In this document: positions 1 to 11,900 of the stretch, in pieces | How positions within the stretch are numbered: the stretch's first letter is position 1 | How the letters are laid out: each line of letters begins with the position of its first letter | Origin: Pecten maximus | Lineage: Eukaryota | DNA: 64,000 nt | Assembly (NCBI RefSeq): GCF_902652985.1 | Contig: NC_047025.1 | Location: 9,734,001 to 9,798,000 of the forward strand | Direction: 5' to 3' | Notes under the pieces: model-generated | What the model was told of the DNA's origin: nothing | Database searches by the model: none | The model's input: only the letters and a program-made list of their open reading frames with translations | Program-made: the position numbers and the translations under genes

Positions 1-376
1 CCGCCCGAACAGAGATGAAGGCCTACTGAGGAATAAAGCACGTACAGAATCAAAGATATCTGTCTAACTCTCACCATACTTACCTTTTTTTTTTTTTTTA
101 CAAAATAATACTTTATATGATATATCTTAATTTGTCCTTTCTGGTGATTTAAATTAATTTTTCACAAAATAACAATGAAGTTTAATTAGAATTCCTGCAG
201 TATAAAGTTGAGGTTTAATTTGGGAGTCTGCTACCAAAATAGAAAAGATTGGTAAATATTTGATATAGGGTATATAATCAAAATTGAATGGTATCAAGCT
301 AATTTAAGCAAATACAACTCTCAGTGATGATCAAAACTTAGCATTTTTACTTATCTAAGAAATCAATTATGGGTCA
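1..376. repeat. Near-identical copy of 2877-3256, including the 5' part (1-25) and acceptor of the 87-nt exon; runs off the window edge
   Basis: Direct sequence match apart from a 3-nt indel (gatgatatc vs gatatc) and poly-T length. Confidence 0.95.
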
Positions 377-2814
377 CTTTTTACTAGCTGTATAAAAAGA
401 GTCATCATAGCTATTGGTGATGAAATGGTTCAACTCAGTCTGTTACTGGATTCAAGTCAAAATAATGAATGTTTTCATGATTATTGGAAAAAAAGTTTTC
501 ATGATTATTGAAATTCAAAAAAAAAAATTGAATTCTGTGATTCAAAAAGATCACCATTATTCAGCAAACAACCTTTTTAAAAATTATGTGTGATTTGAAC
601 TATTTAGTTATTACAAAACAAGACATATTTTTGAAATCTTCATGTTTATAAGTGTTCCAATTTTGATGAAAATGGAGCTCAATACATAACGTAGCCAAGT
701 TCAAAACATGGCTTTTTTAAAAAATCTTCCTCAACCTTATAAATCCAATTTGACTGCAAACAGAGATGCTTGACCCAAAAATGAATTTCATGCAAAATAT
801 TAGCATCCTATCACCATCAATGAGTACAATACGAACTGCAAAACTTCCTAACCAAAACCTTCAAACTATAACGAGAGATTATGGTAAAATATCAAGTCTA
901 AAACATAATCAACAAAAAAACTTGTATTTTTCAGTTTGGACTTTATATCATGGATATTTGACCTTAAAAAACTTCCATGCAAAACATCAGGATCTATGGC
1001 TGTCAATGAGACCTTGATAAAATCTGTAAAACTTCTTAACCACATTGTGACAGACAGATGGACAATGGGTAACACTTAATAACAATAACAATGATAATTG
1101 AAGTTCTTATATACTGCTTTATCACAATAAATTGTAGCCATTTTAAAGAGGTTCACAAATTATGTCTCAGACCTTTTCGTGTATACACTGTATGTATAAA
1201 AATTTCATCGTGATTTGTGATTGACATATATACACACTGTGTAGCTGTGACTGTTCTGTTCTTATTGGTGCAACGCATCTAGCTAATTAACCTTGAAATA
1301 TCACTGGGAGAGTTAATTGATCATCAATTTTTTCTTACGACCATTCTGATGAACATTTACATACAAATATATAATGTTTTCAATGAGTTGTCATTCTGTA
1401 TTCCAGCACAAATATTATCCTTATATAGACATAGTAAAATGCCAGGAAAATCACTCGAAGCTGCGAAAAATTTGTGATGTACACAGCAATGTGTTCTTTG
1501 CTCTTTCAGTGAATTCTTTGACAGTGTATCAGTATATTTGAAATCCTTTTGTGATTTAGGTGATGCAAAAATGATTCCCATTCTAGAAGATTTATATGGC
1601 ACTTAATAAGCCCATATCATTTCTACATGATGGGAACAACTCCATATGCTGTAGATTACTTACAATTCATGCTATATTTATCCTCCTTTACTCCCAAGTT
1701 TTTTTTTGTTTTTTTTATTGTTGTTTTTATTTAAGGTTCAATAATCTTTATTTCCCTTCATCATTTGAGAAATGCCAGGTGTGTGGATAATTATTACAGG
1801 AAAAAAGGAACAGCCATTTATCGAAATCTCTACTGCCAATGGTATATAGGTAGAATAAGGCAAGCTCCATCTTAAATTTCCACTACACAAGTGTACACAC
1901 TGAGTGAAACATAAAATATTCATTTTGAACACAATGTAAGTAATCTTCAGTATATGGTAAAGTACATGGAATATACACAAATGTGATTGGCTGCTATGAA
2001 AGGATCTGTTTTGCAGGCAATTCAGAATTCCGGTGTTCTTGGTTCACATACACGGACAATTAACTTTCTTTTCATACATGTAGCTGAAATGAGTTTGTAA
2101 TTTTCTGTGATTTTCTTGACAAATACACAAAGTCAGGTTCTTTGATCTTACAATGAAGACATCAATTTTCTTACTTCAATTCTCTACAAATACAAAATAT
2201 CTTAAGGGTTTATGTCACCTTCTATGGTGTACCTGTGATCTGTGTAAAGAGTTATCTCCCTTATGTAAGTCTGAAGCTGCATTTCCTTTATCTTTCGAAT
2301 GTTATCAGTTTTTGCATTACTTTCCATTATCAATTCTTGAGTATCTTTCAAATGTGTTATCAATTAATTGATCTGTCAGAAAATATTAAAAACAATTTTA
2401 ATAAAAAAAAATTTAAAAAAAGTCTCAATATTGTGATCACGTAGCAGTCCCCCTTAAATAGTACCCTTTTCCTGTTGAAGTTTAGCAACAGCCGTAAGAT
2501 TATTTGCAACATATGGTAAGATTCTTGCCACAAAATCATTGAGAATCAACCCTTATTCTGTTGAAAAATAAATAATCTTTAAATGATAACAAATGTCAAG
2601 AAATCATTTTAAAATAATCACCAAATAATTATAAAATTCCTGAAACTGCATGAAGCATTCAGAACCAAGTAGACAATCTGTAAAAAATACTGAGCAAAAC
2701 GACAAAAGCTGCAGAAAAAAAATGTTCTGAGGGAAAGGAATGGTAAAACACTAGCTGCTGACTGTGTGAAGATGAAGTGAAGTGTATAGGAAAAGAGAGA
2801 ACCAGGCAGCTTAC

Positions 2815-2901
2815 GGTTTGATAGCCTTAAGTTCCATTATTGGGTTAATGTCCTTTATCGGGCTGGTCTTGGATGACCGCCCGAACAGAGATGAAGGCCT
2901 A
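2815..2901 (-). CDS. kcc: Probable cassette exon: [28 protein letters not shown](P)
   Basis: ctttattcctcAG acceptor (NAGNAG: CAGTAG), CC|GTAAGC donor, 87 nt, symmetric phase 2, open frame. Confidence 0.7.
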
Positions 2902-5900
2902 CTGAGGAATAAAGCACGTACAGAATCAAAGATGATATCTGTCTAACTCTCACCATACTTACCTTTTTTTTTTTTTTTTACAAAATAATACTTTATATGA
3001 TATATCTTAATTTGTCCTTTCTGGTGATTTAAATTAATTTTTCACAAAATAACAATGAAGTTTAATTAGAATTCCTGCAGTATAAAGTTGAGGTTTAATT
3101 TGGGAGTCTGCTACCAAAATAGAAAAGATTGGTAAATATTTGATATAGGGTATATAATCAAAATTGAATGGTATCAAGCTAATTTAAGCAAATACAACTC
3201 TCAGTGATGATCAAAACTTAGCATTTTTACTTATCTAAGAAATCAATTATGGGTCAACATTAAAATCATTTATTTATTGCAAGACAGCAACAGATAGATA
3301 TTTATGTATAAATTGCTATAACATATTTCTGAAACGATCTAACAAATCACTTTTTCTGACACGATTCAATTAATTTTTAAATGTCTATAGATATACAGTT
3401 TAACTTATTTTTTCAGTGAAATTTAAGATAATAGCAGTTTCTTACACTCAAAACACTAATACCGTTATTTGTAATAGTGCATCCAAAAGCTGTTGTAAAC
3501 ACACTGAAAGCCAGTTAGCAACTCGCACTCAAAGATTGATATTCACATTCTGAAAGGCTGTTATAGACTTAAAATACACTTAAAATCTCTTTTAACATTA
3601 CTCAAACCGAAAGTCTGCTATTCATACAACAAAACCAAAATCTCCTTCAAAGAGTAAACTTTTATTTCATTTCTCATATATTGACAGGACAATGGCAGAC
3701 TTAGAGTGTTGATGGTAACTAAACCAAGATTAAGATTTTATATCAAATTTCACTTTTATAATTTATTTATCAATGAAAAATTTTCAATGTTTAACTGCAA
3801 AAAATCTTTGTAGATTATCTGGCCTGATTTTTTCCACATATTCCTTTACTTAAATTTCTTTCCAAGGAAAGCTTATTGGATTTCGGAAAAAATCTCAGTT
3901 AACAGAAATTTTATTACATTCTGTAAAGCCTTCCCATAGGAAATTTTAAGTTAAGGAACATTGATGAAACAGAGGCCTGATCATACATAGAACTGAAATT
4001 ATAGACTGCATAACAATAAATTATTCTACTAAATGGTGCACACTTACGGTTTCATACTAAGGAGATCATTGACCGGACTGGAAGGTGAAGAGGCTTTCTT
4101 GCCACTGGAGAGATTGGAGGGTGTGAATGTGTACTGGTGATTCTCGAGTTTCTCCTCGTCCGTCGAGGATTCTGTTGTTAGACTTGTAGGGTGACTCTCC
4201 TCGGTGACTGTCTCTAGTTGTATCTTGACTTGTGCAGGGCTCCGATGCACATTGTCTAGTATATCCTGGGGCTGTACAGAGAGGAAATCTCTGGTCAGAT
4301 CAATAGCTAATGTTTCAAGGAATTATTGAACTCATTCGGTTAAGGTGCTCTAAAAATATCACCAATGACACTGAACGAATATTAAACTAGGAAGTAAATT
4401 ATTCAATTCCTCATCGACTTTATTATTATCATCCTTTAATACTTACACTAAGCTTGGACCCTCCTCTCATCGACTTTAACATCATCAACCTCTAGTACTT
4501 ACACTAAGCTTGGACCCTTCTCTCATCGACTTTATTATTATCATCATCCCCTAGTACTTACACTAAGCTTGGACCCTCCTCTCATCGACTTTAACATCAT
4601 CATCCTCTAGTACTTACACTAAGCTTGGACCCTCCTCTCATCAACTTTATTATTATCATCATCCTCTAGTACTTACACTTAGCTTGGACCCTCCTCTCAT
4701 CGACTTTAACATCATCATCCTCTAGTACTTACACTAAGCTTGGACCCTCCTCTCATCGACTTTAACATCATCATCCTCTAGTACTTACACTAAGCTTGGA
4801 CCCTTCTCTCATCGACTTTAATATCATCATCCTCTAGTACTTACACTAAGCTTGGACCCTCCTCTCATCGACTTTAACATCATCATCCTCTAGTACTTAC
4901 ACTAAGCTTGGACCCTCCTCTCATCGACTTTAACATCATCATCCTCTAGTACTTACACTAAGCTTGGACCCTCCTCTCATCGACTTTAACATCATCATCC
5001 TCTAGTACTTACACTAAGCTTTGACCCTCCTCTCATCGACTTTAACATCATCATCCTCTAGTACTTACACTAAGCTTGGACCCTCCTCTCATCGACTTTA
5101 ATATCATCATCCTCTAGTACTTACACTAAGCTTTGACCCTCCTCTCATCGACTTTAACATCATCATCCTCTAGTACTTACACTAAGCTTGGACCCTCCTC
5201 TCATTGACTTTAATATCATCATCCTCTAGTACTTACACTAAGCTTGGACCCTCCTCTCATCGACTTTAACATCATCATCCTCTAGTACTTACACTAAGCT
5301 TGGTTCCTCCTCTCATCGACTTTAACATCATCAACCTCTAGTACTTACACTAAGCTTAGACCCTCCTCTCATCGACTTTAATATCATCATCCTCTAGTAC
5401 TTACACTTAGCTTGGACCCTCCTCTCATCGACTTTAACATCATCATCCTCTAGTACTTACACTAAGCTTGGACCCTCCTCTCATCGACTTTAACATCATC
5501 ATCCTCTAGTACTTACACTAAGCTTGGACCCTCCTCTCATCGACTTTAACATCATCATCCTCTAGTACTTACACTTAGCTTGGACCCTCCTCTCATCGAC
5601 TTTAACATCATCATCCTCTAGTACTACACTTAGCTTGGACCCTCCTCTCATCGACTTTAACATCATCATCCTCTAGTACTTACACTTAGTTTGGACCCTC
5701 CTCTCATCGACTTTAACATCATCATCCTCTAGTACTTACACTTAGCTTGGACCCTCCTCTCATCGACTTTAACATCATCATCCTCTAGTACTTACACTAA
5801 GCTTGGACCCTCCTCTCATTGCCTTCAACATCTCTGTCCTCTGTTCCATCATCAATGTTCTTTCATACGTGTATGCTGATATATCATTGTTAGCCTGTAA

Positions 5901-8900
5901 AAAGAACTCATTTAAACATTTTCCACAAGAAAAGTTAAAAAAAAATTGACACAGTTTGAGCTTGATTGGATATCTTTTGAGAGTGTAAATGAAAGATAGA
6001 TAATTTTTTGCAATGTTATGATGGAATGGAAACATAATAATATGATGCCTCGGTTATTTTACAGAACATTTGATTGGTGAATGTCTTGATTATGACACAA
6101 AACTTTTGATTGGTCAATATAATGCCATGGTTAAGCTATAGAACAATTGATTGGTGAATGTCTTGATTATGACACAAAACTTTTGATTGGTCAATATAAT
6201 GCTATGGTTAAGCTATAGAACAATTGATTGGTGAATGTCTTGATTATGACACAAAACTTTTGATTGGTGAACCTAATGCCTTGGTTATGTTACAGAACAT
6301 TTGATTGGAGAGTTGCCTACCATTTCCACAACCTCGACCTCTGCCTCTATTCTCAGGTGATACATAAAGATCTCCAGGTCTTTCTTCATCTGTATAGTGT
6401 TATCCTCAAGTTCTGGTCTCAGCTAAGGATTTTTATTTTATTGTATGTTGAAAATTATCTTTCTAGAAATGAAAATTTTGTGGTTGCACAATATCAGTTT
6501 CTTACAAAGAGTAGCATTTTCCTCATTTTTTTTACAAACAAACATTATTTCAAGTAATAAACACAAATCTTAATGTTACAAATCCTGCACTATGATACAT
6601 GGTATATCAAAGTGCTATACAAAAGGATACGAGCCACAGTAAATATCCTCAGACGACAATTCTTCCACACTTTATGTTGTTTCAGCAGGAACGGCAGCAA
6701 CATCAACATACCTCCATCATGTAGTCTAGTTAAGGAAACTTCCTATTCATTTATCAACCAATAAAGATAAATCATAAAACATCTGCAGATATCATACAGA
6801 TATTTCTACTCTTGTTTTATCTGTGGGATTAGATTTCTTCAAGATATTTCTTCTATAGTTATACATCTGGTGTCCCTGCCAAATGTGACATTATCTGACT
6901 ATGATGTTATTCAAAAGTATCCATGGTGATGTGACAGGGTCAGCCTTGCCAATAGTCTGATACTTCTCCAAGTTCTTGTATGATCTCATTACCACATTAA
7001 GACTAAAACAACAGGCTGATGGGCCTAGTCATGAAGATTATAAGACTCTTTCATATGTGTATATGTAGGATAGGGATATTCCACCCGAGGGGTCACAAAA
7101 TATGGTGAAACCCGAGGCTTGCCGAGGGTTTTACCACATTTTGTGATCCTGAGGGTGGAATATCCCTATCCTACATACACACATAATGAAAGAGTCTTTT
7201 TCTCTCATATCATTACCGAATTTCTGGCGAAAGTGTCCCTCAGCCATCCATTTTCTTCAATTTTTTAATTTCTTTATTTGACGTTTTTACTAAAAATACT
7301 TGTGATATTCTGAAAGATCATACCATCTTTTGGCAAACTAAGTTTGCACGCAAATTTTATTCATTTTGTGGTTAAGTGATAAACGAATGAACAGTTCGCC
7401 GATAAAAATTACCGTAACTTGACCGACTTTTTACGTGGCGGTGATCAAATTGTCAACATCCGAGAAAAAGAAGTTCTATCAACAATACTGAAAGCCAACG
7501 CCAACGTTAAAATGAGTTTTCAAACTTTACATATAATTTGATTTGCACCTCGACATATTTAATCATTTCACAGAACACACTGTACTTTTAATTGTCAAGT
7601 CAATTTTTTTTTATAAAATACTACGTCACTGCATGACGTCACGACTGTCATTGGAATTCCATTCATAGTTCAAGGATATTGAGAGTGATGTCGATCTTGA
7701 TCGCCATGACGCGGCGATGTTTCGTGGCTGGTAATTTTAAATTCACTGTGATTTTGGCAACTTCGTGTGTGAACCAGCGAACAGTGACTCTATACGAGTA
7801 TTCGATCTTTTCTGTGACATAGGATTATATGTGTTTAATCGGTTGTCTTGATGGAATGACGAAGGTAGGTCAGTCGATAACGATGATCATATTGAAAGGC
7901 TAAGATGACAGTTAGTTTTCATGGTTACTATACACAAATATAGACTCTGAGTTACAATTAAAATAAATATTTTTATATGAACATCGAGGGGTGTCATTTT
8001 TACCGAATGTTCGTTCATTTAAGAGCCAATTCCCAACTTCCAAATACACAGGTTACTGAGTAGGCCTAACAGTTACTGACAGTAGGCCTACAGACTACAG
8101 TAGAGTAAACAATATTCCGCTCAGATGAAATGTCTAATCGTTAAACCATGTAGCCCTATTGCTTTCTGCTGATATGATATATATTTATCTAAGAATGTAT
8201 GTATTTTTATAGTTAAGTCCAACATTTCAAAACCGACACTGACGATAAGGACTGTCGGATGTAAACACAAGCAGACGACGTTGTGAGAGTTGTCCCCCTT
8301 GAACGCAGGTTACTCCGCGCGCATGAAATGCTATGTAAGATAGATTTATCTTACATGGGCAAACTCTATCCAACATGGCGAGATATGAGAGAAGATTTGT
8401 TTCAAATAATGATTTAACTCATCATATCTCTGTGACCTTGAAAGTAGATAAATATTGTTCATACCAGCAGGCTATTGACCTAATATCATGACCCTGGGCT
8501 CTTGCATGGTTATTGAAAATTACTTGTTAAATGATTTTAGCATATTTGACCTCTGTGGCAGGTCAAAGTCTTTCTTTTGAACAAATTTGGTAGTCCTTCA
8601 TCCCAGCATGTCTGATATCACGACCTTGAGCATTTTCGTTACTGAGAAGAAGTTATTTAAATAATGAAACACATTTGACCCTTGTTACTTAACAAGCAGT
8701 ACATTTGACATCGAATATATAAAGCTATCATTGATTGACCATATTTTTGTTGTTGTTGTTGTTTTTTTGTTTTGTTTATTTGTTGTCCATTTCTCAGCTT
8801 CCCGAAAACACAATTCAAAATAGGGGTAGGGAGTGTTGAACCACTCACCTCGGATCTCCACCTGAGATTATGTGGCTGCATGGGGCTCTAACTGACAGAG

Positions 8901-11900
8901 ACCTGAGATTATGTGGCTGGGGCTCTAACTGACAGAGACCTGAGATTATGTGGCTGGCACTCTGACAGAGCTATCGCGGCCCCTTAAAAATCACCATGTA
9001 AATGACATTTTGATAAAATATGCCTATCTACAGTGGACGGTTAGCGTTGGTATTTACCTAAGTCGACCTAGAAAATGCTACGCTATAGGCATTAATTTGT
9101 TATGTGCAATTCATTATGTATTGCAATTTCACATACAAATGATAGGGCTTCTGGTCGGGAATGAAAAACACTACACCATAGACATGAATTTGTTGTAAGA
9201 ATGTTCCTTATAATATGTATATAAATTGTGTGGATTAAACCCTGTACACAAACTTGTATATATCGGATCACCTGTAGTATCTATATTTAGTATCTATTAA
9301 AAGGATATGGACAATCCACCATACATCGATAGTGCCCTTCAGTTTCCCTGCACTCTGGGGGAAGTTGTTGATGCCTTTCACAGCTAGTAATGCCATTTGT
9401 CCAGCATTTATATTTTTTACGGATTCTGAAAGAATTTGGCAAAATATGAAGTCAATGATGCGAAAAGGCATACTTTTAGCATAGACACTGCAATTAGCAG
9501 TAATACTTCAGCACAATACTTTCCAATGTAAAAATGTGCATAAATGAAATTTACACTAACATCATGAATTTTGATTAAACAGTTAGATATGACACATGAT
9601 TCCATTCACAGCTAATTCTTACAATAATTTTTCATCTAATTACTTATTATTCTTTAATTCAAACAATTGCCATCAAAATTTCTGATAGCTGATATTCTAT
9701 CACATACTAATTTTTCAAAGGTTTTTTTTATTTTGTTTAACATCCTTTTAACAGTCTGGGTAATTTAAGGATGTGCCAGGTTTTGGAGGTGGAGGAAAGC
9801 CGGAGTATCCGGAGAAAAATCACCAGCCTCTGGTCAGTACAAGGCAACTTCCCCATGTGGCCTTCAAATGGGGCAGTTGCCTGGTATTGACCGTAGGCTG
9901 GTAGTTTTTCTACATATTAAAATCTTGGATACCGGGATGTAAGCTTACCTAGAAACACTCTGTAACTCTTGGCATTGTGATCGTGTCTCCATCCGTACGG
10001 CCAGCCAATCATCACCGTGTTGTGTCTCAGTCCACCAAGACCAGCGTTCTGTATCCTGGAGAAAAGAGGATTCTCAACACCAATTCTTATCATATGTATA
10101 ACTCAGTCACCAGATTCCTGGAGTTTCATAAACATTCCTTAAACTAAAACTTTCCATGTGAAACATGATGGAATTCATTTATTAAGATTTTTTCCCTTAA
10201 AACTCAATAGTGCTTTCCGTTGAAACATTTTAAGTTAAGGAATATTGATGAAACGGGTGTCTAATCCAACTTTATATTTTATTCAAAGTTACAAAGAACT
10301 GAAGTAAAATTTCAACTAACTTGTAAACTGGCCATTCTAGTCGTGGCCAGTTAATAATAAATATCTATCTTAAACCTTAAATGCTATTTTCACAACATTA
10401 ATTGTACACATTATTCAATATACAAGTCCTTACATGTGACACAGCCCCTCTGTTACATTGGATGATATCACCAAATCAGCGAATCCCTTCACTCCAGTCG
10501 ACTCCACCAGCTTTGTCAGAGTCTGAAACAAACCAACAATTTAATTACACATCACTGGATCAGGGTACATACACCTATAAGCATGTGCACTAGAACCCCA
10601 AAAGGAAGAATAACTTATTTTATATAGACTGACTTTGTAAATATATCTGATGAATCTATGGAGCTGTCTGTGGGATCTGACTGACGGTCTGATATATACA
10701 ATTTTGTGTACAGGGTTTTGATAAAACAGGTTTTAAACTACACAACACAGCCACACACTATTATCTCCAATTTAACCCTAATTTTGATCTTATAGACATT
10801 TTAACGTTATAAACTGAAATATTTACTCATCCAAATTAAGTCCGACACAAATTATCTCAATCATTTCGCACAACATTTCAACGCTGAATAGTATCTACTG
10901 CTCTTCTATCAAAACGAGAAGAAGATTTTGTGAAATTATACATTACACAAAATCTTTCCTTAACCAAAATGAAATCCCACAAAATAAACTGTACATTGGT
11001 TGTCATCAATGTACAAAATATTTTCTAAAGACAACACTGTACTTTGGGCAAGACACTTTGACATACTAGTGTGGAATGCATGTGACAACTCTCCCATATG
11101 TTATTCAGTGAGGGAGCCACCAGCTACTACAATTAGTAGTGTACATGTCAAAATGATACTGACAATTTATAGGGCAATATCCCTAGTAAACAAACATACA
11201 AGACAACTAACCTGTTTTGCGGCCTGGGCGTCAGCATATCTCTCCTTGAAGTCGCCTTCCACAACACTGTTGACCAGGGTCAAACCTTTTCCTGTGGTAC
11301 AATATAAAGTTTGATAAAAGACTCTACTGGACATCTATCCTGCAGTGGGGACTGTCCACCAATCCATATAACACTTAAAATACATATTTCAGTACTTTTT
11401 GCTCCTAAATCAGGTTGGGAACTCTCTTGAAAAGTCACGACAATCTTGATATTTTAAGACTATTTTGTATTTTACAATTGAGATTGCCCAACATAGAAAA
11501 TAAATAAACTTTTGGATTTTTGTATATTTGATTGATATGAACAACTTTTGTTTGAACAGTTTTCATTTTTGGCTAATATCTTGGTTTTTACAGCTTCCAA
11601 AAAACTGATTTTGGAAGCTATGAAATTGGTGAATATCATTTTACCTGCTTTAAGCTGACTTGCAAAGTTGATCATGTTTGGGTATTTTGGCTGTAGGTTT
11701 TCATCGAGTTTCATTAGAACCAGGATCTGAGGTCTGAAAAGAAATATAACATGGAAATGTATTCAGTGGTTCTATAACATGATTCAAAGTTTTATAATTG
11801 AGCTGTTCTTACCAATCTCCCTACAATCTTCATACTTTTGTTGACACGACTAACGTCGTTGAAGCTAAATCTAAGAATAGGTGGGAAATGATGGGATTCC

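Larger units (their letters stand above)
6721..9308 (-). other. U12-type AT-AC intron
   Basis: 5' ATATCCTTT, branch TTCCTTAAC at 6729-6737, terminal AC. Splicing restores the conserved WWIVH|DGG. Confidence 0.95.

Noticed and set aside
377-2814. Search for the KCC C-terminal exons (NVRRMHTAV.. motif)
   Set aside because: No matching exon was found; they presumably lie beyond the left edge of the window.
4410-5819. CRISPR-like appearance of the regular arrays
   Set aside because: Units are contiguous with no unique spacers, there are no cas genes, and the context is a eukaryotic intron.
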